Position numbers and translations under genes: made by a program. Source: an uncultured bacterium (GTDB lineage: Bacteria; Babelota; Babeliae; Babelales; Vermiphilaceae). From it: DNA of 64,000 nucleotides. Positions within the stretch are counted from its first letter, which is position 1. Each line of letters begins with the position of its first letter. The notes beneath the pieces are model-generated. The model was not told where the DNA came from and made no database searches. It was given only the letters and a program-made list of their open reading frames with translations. Positions 19,181 through 30,032 of this stretch are shown here, in pieces. The DNA lies in contig OY968764.1 in assembly GCA_963695335.1 (NCBI GenBank), positions 1,280,001 through 1,344,000 on the forward strand, read 5' to 3'.

Positions 19181-19741
19181 TTACACATCAGGACTATCAT
19201 CATTCAAAAAGAACTGAATATTAGATGGTGCGCCAAGCTCCAAAGCTACTGCCAACGGTCTATCTTTATACATCAGCGCATCAGGATTAATCATCATTGC
19301 TTCAATATCAGCTTTTTTGTCTAAAATAATATCTTTACCCACAATTTTATTATTCGGTAATTTTACGCCATCTCCTGGAGTGATAAAGTACCCCTTTTTG
19401 GTTGAAACAACTTGATATGCAATGTGCTGCATAGTTGGATTTTCTTGCACATATGGCCCTTGCCATTTTTCTGGATGTGCTAAATTCATCGGCCCTACTT
19501 CTGATCCGGTGAATTTTTCTACATTCAAAAAATTAATAGAATGTTTCTGATTATCAAAATCAATAATCACACAATTTTTATGAATACGGTGAAATACATC
19601 TCGCAATTCTACTACTGCATCTGCCATCATCATCCCTGAATCATCTTTTGCACGATACACGGTATTTATCAATGTCATGCCAATAAAAAATGCAGTTGCT
19701 ATAACAACTGCTGGTAATAAATACTTTTGAATTTTTTTCAT
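19181..19741 (-). CDS. Pseudopilin (GspG/PulG)-like protein
   Basis: N-terminal hydrophobic helix and a KWQGPYV motif resembling GspG W.GPYL. No clear prepilin G|FTLIE site. Confidence 0.5.
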   Translation of the reverse strand: MKKIQKYLLPAVVIATAFFIGMTLINTVYRAKDDSGMMMADAVVELRDVFHRIHKNCVIIDFDNQKHSINFLNVEKFTGSEVGPMNLAHPEKWQGPYVQENPTMQHIAYQVVSTKKGYFITPGDGVKLPNNKIVGKDIILDKKADIEAMMINPDALMYKDRPLAVALELGAPSNIQFFLNDDSPDV

Positions 19742-19763
19742 TATATTCCTTTTGTTTTTATAA

Positions 19764-19828
19764 GCGCTCATCCTGAACTTGTTGAAGGATTAAGCGCTTT
19801 AATTCTTCGACAGGCTCAGAATGAGCGC
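19764..19828. repeat. Paired inverted family A palindromes downstream of trpS
   Basis: GCGCTCATCCTGAACTTGTTGAAGGATTAA...TTAATTCTTCGACAGGCTCAGAATGAGCGC. Confidence 0.8.
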
Positions 19829-19834
19829 TAAGAT

Positions 19835-20848
<1,014 letters not shown>

Positions 20849-20858
20849 TTAAAATTGT

Positions 20859-20944
20859 GTTCGTATCCTTCGACAGGCTCAGGACGAACGGAACTTAATA
20901 TCTTTTAAACCCGTTCGCATTGAGCTTGTCGAAATGCGCGAACG
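20859..20944. repeat. Paired family A palindromes upstream of trpS
   Basis: CCTTCGACAGGCTCAGGACGAACGG...CCGTTCGCATTGAGCTTGTCGAAATG. Confidence 0.75.
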
Positions 20945-21043
20945 TCTTTTAAGCATACAGATGACACCAAAAAAAGACAAAACCTAAAAACAACTTGCAA
21001 AATATACGTTCACTAAGATACAAACAATAAAAAGGAGTCTATT

Positions 21044-21793
21044 ATGTTTTACCATTTAATAACACGCGATATTATTGAAATAGTTTTTTATTCCTCATGC
21101 ATATTCACCTTCTGCCAATGGCTCAGAATAGACAAAACAAAAAGTATAACCATCTATTTTTTTGCATATTGCGCACTTGCAATCAGTGCATGGGTAGCAC
21201 AATTACCAACACTCTCACCATTCTTATTCACCTATGCTCCTGTTGCGCTTCTTCTTTTTATTGTACTCCATGAAAAAACATTACAGCGTAACTTAGTTGC
21301 ACTATGCTCAATTACCCCAGCACGCATAGAACATGCTGATTGGCTTGATACACTCTTAAGCAGCAGCCTTGCAACGATTAATGCCAACAAAGCTATTACC
21401 GTAATCATAGAACATAAAGCAGCACTTGATCACTTCCTTACCACTCCTTTCAGCATTAATGCTGACCTAACAAGAAATATTTTGGATATTTTTCTCTCTA
21501 GTTCATCCTATGATGAAGATAAAATGGTATGGGTAAGCACAAGTGGTAAAATACGTGGGATTAATGCAACGTGGAATAATATACAAGAGAAATGTGATGA
21601 TCACATTATATTTAGCACTCATCCTACCAGCAGAACATTTTCTGTGATTATCAATGGCAAAGAAACAAAAAATCTTTCCGCGCATCACGTGCATACAATG
21701 ATCAAAAAACAACTTTCTTCTCTTTCATCATCACAATCGCCTAAAGGAGCGTATCGTGAATATACAAAATCTGAAAAAACTCTTTCTCAGTAG
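21044..21793 (+). CDS. Diadenylate cyclase CdaA/DacA-like protein with degenerate active site
   Basis: Three N-terminal TMs (RDIIEI..), A.TVIIE..L and INADL..NIL.IF segments, overlaps a YbbR-like gene. DGA and RHR motifs are absent. Confidence 0.6.
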   Translation: MFYHLITRDIIEIVFYSSCIFTFCQWLRIDKTKSITIYFFAYCALAISAWVAQLPTLSPFLFTYAPVALLLFIVLHEKTLQRNLVALCSITPARIEHADWLDTLLSSSLATINANKAITVIIEHKAALDHFLTTPFSINADLTRNILDIFLSSSSYDEDKMVWVSTSGKIRGINATWNNIQEKCDDHIIFSTHPTSRTFSVIINGKETKNLSAHHVHTMIKKQLSSLSSSQSPKGAYREYTKSEKTLSQ

Positions 21794-22148
21794 CGGACCA
21801 CTCTTAATCATCAGCTTGGTTCTTGGATACAGCTTTTGGTACATTGCAAGTTATGATCAAACTATTATGCTCAATTTGAATGTACCACTCTGTTTTGCTG
21901 GAAAAATAAACAGTTATAATCTATATGCTCCTGAAAAAATAGACGTCTGCCTTAAAGGCAAACGCACTGATATCTATGCATTGGATAAAGAAGCTCTTGC
22001 TGCACACGTAAATATCAGTAAACTGTTACCAGGAAAACATGGTATATTATTAACAGAACAACATCTCTTTTTACCCAAAAATATAACTCTGGTGCAGTAT
22101 AAACCTTCCAATCTTACCATAACCATTTCAGACAACAGTAACGCTTAG
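21756..22148 (+). CDS. CdaR/YbbR-like membrane protein
   Basis: LIISLVLG..FW TM followed by P.KIDV.LKG...A.VN.S.L.PG.H, a YbbR pattern. Confidence 0.65.
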   Translation: MNIQNLKKLFLSSGPLLIISLVLGYSFWYIASYDQTIMLNLNVPLCFAGKINSYNLYAPEKIDVCLKGKRTDIYALDKEALAAHVNISKLLPGKHGILLTEQHLFLPKNITLVQYKPSNLTITISDNSNA

Positions 22149-22153
22149 GAAAC

Positions 22154-22792
22154 ATGATGTCTCAAAAACCAAATTTTTTTATTTCTTTTATTGATTCAGT
22201 CAGTTCTCTGTTTTTAACAGGACTTTTTTGTATATTACCCATAACACTCACTATTGCGGTATTTACTATCTCATTCCGTGTAATTGTTAATTGGCTTGAA
22301 CCGTTACGCCGTTTTAACATACCATTTTTAAATGCGATTCCTTATTCAGAAGTTATTTTAGCACTCGCGCTTATTTTTGCTGCAGGAATGCTCTATAACA
22401 TGTTTTTATTGCGCCCTATCATTCATGCAATAGAAAATCTGTTCTCACGCATTCCACTCATTCGTCCAGTCTATTCTGGTATTAAAAAATTGGTCGATGC
22501 TTTCAGTTTTCAAGATAAAGTATCATTCACCAAAGTTGTGCGTGTTGAATTCCCGCGCCCAGGTATTTATAGTATTGGATTTCTTGCCAACCAAGTGGAT
22601 GAAAAAATTGCTCCTGACATGAATGCAAAATATTTTAGCATTTTCATTCCAACAACACCAAACCCAACAAGTGGTTTTTTAATTATTGCACCAGAAGAGC
22701 AAATAGCCATTCTTGAAATTTCTCGCCAAGAAGCTATGGCAATGGTAATATCTGGAGGTATTATTCAACCCGATACTGATAAAATAAAATAA
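22154..22792 (+). CDS. DUF502 family membrane protein
   Basis: RIPLIRPVYS..K, VEFPR.G and FIPTTPNPTSGF motifs. Confidence 0.9.
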   Translation: MMSQKPNFFISFIDSVSSLFLTGLFCILPITLTIAVFTISFRVIVNWLEPLRRFNIPFLNAIPYSEVILALALIFAAGMLYNMFLLRPIIHAIENLFSRIPLIRPVYSGIKKLVDAFSFQDKVSFTKVVRVEFPRPGIYSIGFLANQVDEKIAPDMNAKYFSIFIPTTPNPTSGFLIIAPEEQIAILEISRQEAMAMVISGGIIQPDTDKIK

Positions 22793-22832
22793 GATATGAT
22801 AACTATTCATACAGCCTGATCAATATTATCCC

Positions 22833-22970
22833 GCGCTCGCCCTGAACTTGTTGAAGGGTATCTTTCGAGCGCTCGAAGATATCCTTTTTCCCCAGTTTTC
22901 GTTTCACTCCAAACCGGGGTCCCCGTCTGAAGGAACTGAAGATGGGGTTAAACAGGCTCAGGATGAGCGC
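22833..22970. repeat. Composite palindromic element (two inverted family A units with nested family C)
   Basis: GCGCTCGCCCTGAACTTGTTGAAGGG...GAGCGCTCGAAGATATCC[CCCCAGTTTTCG...GGGGTCCCC...ACTGAAGATGGGG]ACAGGCTCAGGATGAGCGC. Confidence 0.75.
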
Positions 22971-22972
22971 AT

Positions 22973-23803
22973 ATGCGATATATAATTCTTCTCTTAAGTT
23001 TATATACAACACCGTTGTATGGTATGAAATCTTTAATTGAAAAAGAGCCACGCTATTGTTTTAAAAACTTAACGGTCTTCAGCTATGATGGCTGGGAAGG
23101 TAATGCTATTTTCATCGCAAAAAACGCCGCATTAGTTCATTCCAATACACCAATAATAAACAACACAACCAATGACGTTAAAAAACCAGTAAAACATCCT
23201 GAGATAAAAAACCTCTTTTTTAGAGAGCCGCAACAGAATACCTATGATCTTGTTACTGTATATAATCCCTACATGCTCAATAAAAAAAACATACTCATTC
23301 ATCTCAAAGCAATTCATAATTATCTTGCACCATCGGGCAAATTCTGTTTTTTAATAAGAACAAAAGCAAACACTCTCTCTGTTCCTGAACAAGCATTTGC
23401 AACTATCTTCCCCCACGAGTATTTATCTACTCAACGCGCAAAAGAAGAACAAATAAAAGCAAACTATTTTACTGATGATGAACTCAAGGAACTTATCTGG
23501 TCAAATGGATATAATATCAATGTCTACGAAAATAAAACCTATGAAACCATTTTACCCGATATACACGATTATCAAGAAGCACTTGCAGCAACATTTATTC
23601 ACAATATACGCCATACCAATGTATCAAAAACAATAACACAACAGCTCACTGAGCAATTTATACAACTTGTTATGCAACAAAGTAAAAGAAATCGTCGCAA
23701 CCAAATAATAGAATCTTGGAATTTTACAAAAATAATCTTATGCAAAACAGATAAACTCAGGCCTCCTGTATTTTTGAACAATTCACTATTATCAACGCAC
23801 TAA
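22973..23803 (+). CDS. Secreted SAM-dependent methyltransferase-like protein (degenerate)
   Basis: TYDLVT and IHNYLAPSGKF motifs, weak motif I, in tandem with two paralogs. Confidence 0.55.
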   Translation: MRYIILLLSLYTTPLYGMKSLIEKEPRYCFKNLTVFSYDGWEGNAIFIAKNAALVHSNTPIINNTTNDVKKPVKHPEIKNLFFREPQQNTYDLVTVYNPYMLNKKNILIHLKAIHNYLAPSGKFCFLIRTKANTLSVPEQAFATIFPHEYLSTQRAKEEQIKANYFTDDELKELIWSNGYNINVYENKTYETILPDIHDYQEALAATFIHNIRHTNVSKTITQQLTEQFIQLVMQQSKRNRRNQIIESWNFTKIILCKTDKLRPPVFLNNSLLSTH

Positions 23804-23888
23804 ACTTAACAAGATTTCTCGACAATACACTGTAGCAATGGTAACATTTGGTGAAATTATTCAATCATATACAAAATAAAGGTTTCCC

Positions 23889-24761
23889 ATGAAAAAATAT
23901 GTTTTACTTGCAGCATTCATAATCAGCGCACTTAATGGAATGGATAATCAACAACCTAAGAACTCATCTATTGTTTCACAACTTTTAGAACATTATAATA
24001 TTCCCATTCAAAATCGTGCCATTTTTCATATTGGATGTACCACAGGAAAAAGATCTGTCGAACTTGCACAAAAAGCATCTCGCGTTCATGTATTCGATCA
24101 AAATAAAAATTTTATTGATACTGCGCAAAACACATACCAAGATATCAAAAACATTACGTTTGAACAATGTAATCCCATGAATTTTAATTTTCCAAGACAA
24201 TGCGATGTGGCAATCATTGATTACACCACAATAAACGATTATGCGGAGATTAATGAACACAAACAAGAACTATTCCAATGTATGCATCAACATTTATTAC
24301 AAAATGGTGAAATATTGCTTTCTATTACAACAACTGAAAACACACCACATCCAAATATTGATGCTGCCAAAGAAATGGCTTCAGTTCTACAAGCATACAT
24401 ACCTGGTACAACAGAAGAAGAAATTATCAATCTTATGACACCATCGTACCCTTCTTTGCAAGACCTACTCACTGCACTCGAAGAAACTGGCTTTGAGATT
24501 ATTACTCATAAAGAACAAATTATTACTAAAGAAATGAACGAAAAAAAATTCTTGAACAGCTGTGAATATATCATTACCCAAAACCCAATATCTGAAAAAA
24601 TACAAGATCCTAATCTTAGAAATGACCTCACTCATCACTTTATACATTCTTATCTAAAACATTTAACCCAGTTTGTACATATACACAATTTGCAAAAAAG
24701 GCATGCAAATACTTACTTAGAACCACTAATTACTACGATCATTCATGCGCGTAAAAAATAA
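23889..24761 (+). CDS. Secreted class I SAM-dependent methyltransferase-like protein
   Basis: IFHIGCTTG motif I, VFD, CDVAI, LLQNGEI and LEETGFEI motifs. Confidence 0.75.
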   Translation: MKKYVLLAAFIISALNGMDNQQPKNSSIVSQLLEHYNIPIQNRAIFHIGCTTGKRSVELAQKASRVHVFDQNKNFIDTAQNTYQDIKNITFEQCNPMNFNFPRQCDVAIIDYTTINDYAEINEHKQELFQCMHQHLLQNGEILLSITTTENTPHPNIDAAKEMASVLQAYIPGTTEEEIINLMTPSYPSLQDLLTALEETGFEIITHKEQIITKEMNEKKFLNSCEYIITQNPISEKIQDPNLRNDLTHHFIHSYLKHLTQFVHIHNLQKRHANTYLEPLITTIIHARKK

Positions 24762-24773
24762 AAAAGGAATTAC

Positions 24774-25706
24774 GTGAAAAAGTATCTTATTGCTCTGTGC
24801 TTCATCAACAGCCTCAACTGCATGGAAAAGGAATCTTCTCTTAAAAAAACTGAAATATCCAAAAAAATAAGCAAACGTAAAGATTATGATGCGTACGCTT
24901 ATGACAACATCAAAATGAATATTGAAGTAGAAAATACTGTTTTACAATGGTTTCAAGATTGCAACATTGATACCACTGAAAAAACGATTCTGAACATGGA
25001 TTGCAACACAGGTAATATTAATGCAAGACTTGCAGAAACAGCAAAATATGTTCATGGAATTTCCGAAAGTAAAAATTTTATTAATTTTGTACTCAACAAA
25101 CACACAAATGCTATACAGGATGGAAAACTCTCTTTTGAATATGTCAAAACAAAAAATTTTGAATCAAACCCTCAGCAATATGACATAGCAATCACATGTT
25201 CTATGAATAACTGGAAAACTCATAGTGAAAATATCTTACGTAAAGTTAACAAAGGCCTCAAACCAAATGGAGATTTTTTCGCAGTTCTTTTAACAAGTGA
25301 TAATCCTGAAATTTACAGCTATGTTGCTGCTCAAAAATTTATAAAAAAACATATTTCTTCTTATCTTAATTTAGCCAAATTAACAGGCTGGTCGCCTTTA
25401 TCTAAAGAAGCCCTCATAAGTCTCTTTACAACAACAGGCTTTGAAATTATTACCCTCGAAAATCAATCTTGTAAAAGAACAATGACCAAAGATGATATAC
25501 GTGAAAGCGCTAAATATGTGGGTAAAAGCACCCCATTGGCAAAATACATACCAGATAAAAAACTTGAATCAGGCTTAAATAAGTATGCTGATCTGTGTAT
25601 AGAAGAATTACAATGTGTTGATAAAGATAAAGATGAATATACATTTGAGGTATTACTCACTGTTGTTCATGCACGCAAAACTCAAGAAATTGATAATAAA
25701 AAATAA
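24774..25706 (+). CDS. Secreted class I SAM-dependent methyltransferase-like protein
   Basis: ILNMDCNTG, YDIA, LKPNGDF and TGFEIITL motifs. Paralog of 23889..24761. Confidence 0.75.
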   Translation: MKKYLIALCFINSLNCMEKESSLKKTEISKKISKRKDYDAYAYDNIKMNIEVENTVLQWFQDCNIDTTEKTILNMDCNTGNINARLAETAKYVHGISESKNFINFVLNKHTNAIQDGKLSFEYVKTKNFESNPQQYDIAITCSMNNWKTHSENILRKVNKGLKPNGDFFAVLLTSDNPEIYSYVAAQKFIKKHISSYLNLAKLTGWSPLSKEALISLFTTTGFEIITLENQSCKRTMTKDDIRESAKYVGKSTPLAKYIPDKKLESGLNKYADLCIEELQCVDKDKDEYTFEVLLTVVHARKTQEIDNKK

Positions 25707-25715
25707 TAAAATCTC

Positions 25716-26147
25716 ATGAAAAACGATTTATTCATTAAAAACGGCATCACCATTCCAGAACATGAATTAGAAATAACCACCAGCAGATCAGGCGGCGCTG
25801 GTGGTCAACATGTCAATAAAACAGAAACACGCATAACTGTGCGGTGGAATATCAAAAACTCAACTACTCTTACTGAAGAACAGAAAAACTATCTTTTAGA
25901 AAAGCTGCATTCACAACTCACCAGCGAAGGCGATATTGTGGTGCACAACAGCGAATCCCGCAGTCAACAACAAAACAAAAAAAATGCTCTTAATAATCTT
26001 GCTGCCATCATACGCAATGCTTTACACAAGCCTAAAAAGCGTATCGCAACAAAAATATCAAAAGCATTAAAAGAAGCACGGTTAAAAACCAAAGCGCATC
26101 GGGGGAAGATTAAAGAGATGCGCAGTAAAAAAATTAGTTTTGATTAA
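25716..26147 (+). CDS. arfB: Ribosome rescue peptidyl-tRNA hydrolase ArfB
   Basis: SRSGGAGGQHVNK, RSQ.QN and basic C-terminal tail. Confidence 0.95.
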   Translation: MKNDLFIKNGITIPEHELEITTSRSGGAGGQHVNKTETRITVRWNIKNSTTLTEEQKNYLLEKLHSQLTSEGDIVVHNSESRSQQQNKKNALNNLAAIIRNALHKPKKRIATKISKALKEARLKTKAHRGKIKEMRSKKISFD

Positions 26148-26157
26148 TACATTACTT

Positions 26158-27936
26158 TTATTTATTGCGCTCTGTATTTATAAATGCTTCTACCGCCTCC
26201 ATAAATGTATCAAAAACTGACATTATCTTAGAAGAGGCATGCCTTTTTACAATATCTTCCGCATAGTCTTTATCAAATCCAGCTGTTAAACACACATTAG
26301 TAAACTCATTTTCCTCATGTGATGCATAACGTAATATGTACATTTCTACAGCGATAAATAACCCAACTTTTTTTGCTAAATCAGGGTGTAATCTTTTAAA
26401 TCCTTCATAATCTTTTTTTACACGATCAAATTCATCCATTAATTCCTTAAGGGTATACCTATACATATACTCTCCCTTTCGGATCTTTCCTACTCTTTCA
26501 TTAAGAGCAAACATCATATCAATTACCCTCTTGGCAATCACTTTAATAACAAGTTGTGACGGGATTTTTAAATAATCAAAATAATTTGCTAGGTCAATCA
26601 TTGCATCAAATCCCCAATCCAATGACTTTTGTTTCATACCCCATTCAACATCCCATGTAGATTTTTCTTGAGCGTTCAAATGTTCAATTTTATTAATTTC
26701 AGAGATTACATAATGGATTCTTTCTATGACATGAAAAGGAAATCTCATGGAAATAGCAATCTGTCCATTCTCTTTGCCCAAATCTTCCACAAAGTTTTTA
26801 AGAACTTCACTTTGTTGTAGTATATCCCATGAAAAAACTACTCCATCAGCTATTCCTTCTTGATATATAAAAAACTCACCTGGTTTTAAAGTTTTTTCTA
26901 TCGCAACCACTTTTGCAGCTGCTTCTTCTCTTGTCAGCTTTCTTGCAAAAAATCTCATTTTTCCTTGAGCTACTAGTTCTTGTTCTTGAGCTCGTTGCTT
27001 CTCTATAAAATCTTCCAAGGCGCCTATAAAATACTCTTCAAACCAAGCTGCTAAAGGAGATTTTTTTAATATCTCATCTGCATGTGCTATATACTCATCA
27101 CTTAAATCTATTTCTTTAAATAAATCAGAAGTAGTTTTCAAAAAAACACGATAAGAATATGGTTTTATACATGGAACAAGCTTATAAGCCTTTTTACTAT
27201 ACAGCTCTTTTTTTACCAGCTCAGCCACATCACTATTCAATAATTTTAATTGTGCAAAAAAGTTTTGTACCTCTTTACATACCATCTCTAATTCATTAAA
27301 AGTTATTTTACGGCTAAAATTATCATGTATTACAAGAAAAACGGTATCAACCGTTTTCATTATCCTTGCCGCAATACATACAACAAGCATAGAAATATCA
27401 AGATCTAAAAAGTTATACAAATCAGCAACCCCAACAAGCATTGGAAAGTCTAAAGAAGCAATATCAAATTCTTGTTTTTTACGCCAATCACGTATGTATT
27501 GCTGCTTTGCCTCTTCACTTTCTTTTGTCTTTAAGACATCTAAAAGATCAAATTCGTCTTGTAATATGGAAAAAACTTTTTTGATTACATCATAATGAGC
27601 ATACAAAGGAATAGCACCACTACCCATATCGCCTAAATCCTCAAGCATACTCTTTGTAGAAGGAGCCATTTGCAACAGTTCATGAGGCACAACAATCCCA
27701 TTGTCTGTTCCTGCTTGGTATACAAAAAACTCTCCTGACTTTAAATTTTTTTCTATATCGACAATCTTTTTTGCCGCTTCCATTTCTGCAGTTTTTGCCG
27801 CAGTTGTGGCTCTTTCTCTTTCTATGAGCTTTTTAGTCGATGCTTGGCTCTTTGGCGTCATCTTCATAGAAAAAACATTACCCATAAAAATTATCGTCAA
27901 GAAAGCAATCAATCGAGTTACTCCATTACTCTTCAT
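26158..27936 (-). CDS. Secreted protein with two tandem Skp1/BTB-POZ-like repeats
   Basis: Internal duplication (IEK.LK.GEFF.YQ.G). TKSMLEDLG..AIPL..VIKKV..LYNFLDL and QSEVLKNFVEDLG..LANYFDYLKI resemble Skp1. Confidence 0.7.
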   Translation of the reverse strand: MKSNGVTRLIAFLTIIFMGNVFSMKMTPKSQASTKKLIERERATTAAKTAEMEAAKKIVDIEKNLKSGEFFVYQAGTDNGIVVPHELLQMAPSTKSMLEDLGDMGSGAIPLYAHYDVIKKVFSILQDEFDLLDVLKTKESEEAKQQYIRDWRKKQEFDIASLDFPMLVGVADLYNFLDLDISMLVVCIAARIMKTVDTVFLVIHDNFSRKITFNELEMVCKEVQNFFAQLKLLNSDVAELVKKELYSKKAYKLVPCIKPYSYRVFLKTTSDLFKEIDLSDEYIAHADEILKKSPLAAWFEEYFIGALEDFIEKQRAQEQELVAQGKMRFFARKLTREEAAAKVVAIEKTLKPGEFFIYQEGIADGVVFSWDILQQSEVLKNFVEDLGKENGQIAISMRFPFHVIERIHYVISEINKIEHLNAQEKSTWDVEWGMKQKSLDWGFDAMIDLANYFDYLKIPSQLVIKVIAKRVIDMMFALNERVGKIRKGEYMYRYTLKELMDEFDRVKKDYEGFKRLHPDLAKKVGLFIAVEMYILRYASHEENEFTNVCLTAGFDKDYAEDIVKRHASSKIMSVFDTFMEAVEAFINTERNK

Positions 27937-27968
27937 TTATGTCCCCATACATTATTAAGTTTTCAAAC

Positions 27969-28916
27969 TTATATAGCACCAGCTGATTCATTCATTTCAG
28001 CTATAGCCTGAGCTATAAACGGATCTTTTTTTAAACCTTCACTCATGTGGATTCCTGCAGCAATAAGCAATTTCATCATATCAATTGCTGTTCTATGTGC
28101 TGCTTGCGCATTAGCACCCTTTATCACAGCCATTTGCTTATAAAAATATGCTGCTGTAAGTACATCCTTGGAAGTAGGGTAGTTTACATCAACGCCGTAT
28201 TGAGTCAAAATTTTAACGGCATCGATATTACCCTCGCTTAAAGCTATCAGTAATGGTGTTTTAAGTGATGCAAGACGTTTCATCTCATAATTTAATTTTG
28301 CTCCATGTTCCAAAAGAGCACTCAGAGCCTGAAGATTATTCATACGTATCGCATCCGCTAATGGCGTAAAACCATAAATACTCGTAAATTCTAAATCAAC
28401 GCCTTTGTTGATAAAATCTTTAAACCTATCAATCGAAAATTGTGCAGGGTTAGAAATAAAGCTTTCAAAAGCAATCTGTAGGTCAAAACGCTTTTCAGCA
28501 CAATTCATTTCATCTATTCTCTGTGCTACCATGGCATCAGACCATATCTCAAACTTTTCTGACAGATGCTTTATGAATTTCAAACAAAAATCAGGATCTT
28601 TAACCAATTCGTTTAATGTTTTATTTATTTGTGAAAGACGACTCACTGTTTGAGCACAAGTTTCAATAGTATCTCCAGTACCATGTAACAACAGTAAGCC
28701 AGCTATCTTATTTTGAACATTTATAGGAAGATAATGGGCTAATAACGAAAATTCATCTGATTCAAACCCAACATTATCAAGTAAAATATTGCCAATATAT
28801 TCAACATAATCTCGGAATTTTGGTTTTTCTAATGATGTTGATTGCTCAGGTTCCATGGTATGAATATTGCGAGCAAAAACAATAACAACAAATAATAGAA
28901 AATATAACCTCTTCAT
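27969..28916 (-). CDS. Secreted F-box-like/ankyrin-repeat protein
   Basis: LPINVQNKIAGLL...LSQINKTL F-box-like segment. GFTPLADA, KTPLLIAL and YGVDVN ankyrin repeats. Confidence 0.75.
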   Translation of the reverse strand: MKRLYFLLFVVIVFARNIHTMEPEQSTSLEKPKFRDYVEYIGNILLDNVGFESDEFSLLAHYLPINVQNKIAGLLLLHGTGDTIETCAQTVSRLSQINKTLNELVKDPDFCLKFIKHLSEKFEIWSDAMVAQRIDEMNCAEKRFDLQIAFESFISNPAQFSIDRFKDFINKGVDLEFTSIYGFTPLADAIRMNNLQALSALLEHGAKLNYEMKRLASLKTPLLIALSEGNIDAVKILTQYGVDVNYPTSKDVLTAAYFYKQMAVIKGANAQAAHRTAIDMMKLLIAAGIHMSEGLKKDPFIAQAIAEMNESAGAI

Positions 28917-29183
28917 AAAACTCTCCTAGTTCTATTATACAAAACATATTTATTTTCAATTATAATAATAAAGGATGGGGGGGGTAAAAAACAATAGTTT
29001 TTCGAAAATCTATTGAAATTTATGAAAATGCCCTACTGGCCAATCTATAGAAATCTTCAGTGAGACGGACAAATCAGTAAGATAAGTAACATTATACCAG
29101 ACGAGTTATATTCAATCACATTGTCTTAAAAAAGAAAAAAGGCCAAAACTTATAGTCTTGACCCATCAAAATCGTACCAATAA

Positions 29184-29858
29184 TCAGTAATACTCACTTC
29201 TTGCATGCCAAGAACGTCCACCAAAAGAAAGAATGCGTTCTGCCATTTCAACTTTTTTTCGCTCTTTTTCCTCTTGCTCATACGCCTTAAACAAATCAAT
29301 AAATTTTTGTACCTCAGGATATTGCTCTTTAAGATTATTGGCATAATGATAACCGCTCAGATACTCACCATTGCATGTTACTGGCTTTCTAGTATCCAAA
29401 AGCCATTTGATAACTGGCACCATTTCATCTACCGTGGATGTTTCAACTGCCTCTCTAATATTAAGACAATACGCATTCCAAACAGCCACTGTATTTCTTT
29501 CAAGCAACCATAAAGCAAGCTTATCTTTTTTATTTTTTACTGCATAAGCAAATTCTTGATGCTGTTCGAGCGCACCCATACTTTTCCAATAAAACATTTG
29601 ATGCATATCATTTTTAGCAAAAAAAGCTTCCTTATAATTTTTATTCAATTCATCTTGTGAATGAACAATTTTTAAATATTTTGTACAGGTACATCGTAAA
29701 GTATCCCGTGCTGGCCGATCTAAGCGTGGACAAACAGAAGTAATGAATAAATCATCTGTAATACATATGCCACTGGAATGATTTGTTGTTGTAAGTTCCA
29801 TTGCAGATATTGGAAAAAAAGATAGTAAAAAAATGATAGCAAGCCATTTGTATTGCAT
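29184..29858 (-). CDS. Secreted F-box-like protein, paralog family C
   Basis: ITDDLF..VCPRLD...RDTLRCTCTKY. Close paralog of 31620..32315. Confidence 0.65.
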   Translation of the reverse strand: MQYKWLAIIFLLSFFPISAMELTTTNHSSGICITDDLFITSVCPRLDRPARDTLRCTCTKYLKIVHSQDELNKNYKEAFFAKNDMHQMFYWKSMGALEQHQEFAYAVKNKKDKLALWLLERNTVAVWNAYCLNIREAVETSTVDEMVPVIKWLLDTRKPVTCNGEYLSGYHYANNLKEQYPEVQKFIDLFKAYEQEEKERKKVEMAERILSFGGRSWHARSEYY

Positions 29859-30032
29859 ATTATGTCCCTAAAAAAATATAATTTCTTAAATATACAGTTT
29901 AAATTACATCATACAAATCAGTTTAACAATGCAAACTATTCATGAATAACCTCATAAACTCACCAATAGTTAAAAAAGCAATGTCTGAATTTCAGCTACA
30001 AAAATTTTGCAAAACCATTATAATAAAAAGAG

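Noticed and set aside
22803..23051. 82-aa minus-strand ORF (and 17799..18020, 19076..19324)
   Set aside because: They are spurious frames through palindromic repeats or antisense to better-supported genes.
24774..24830. Lipoprotein lipobox in the LNC-ME, THC-ME and SNC-ME leaders
   Set aside because: The residues before Cys fit [LVI][ASTVI][GAS]C poorly, and other leaders have A/G/S/T at the same position, so Cys is better read as the -1 residue. Not formally excluded.
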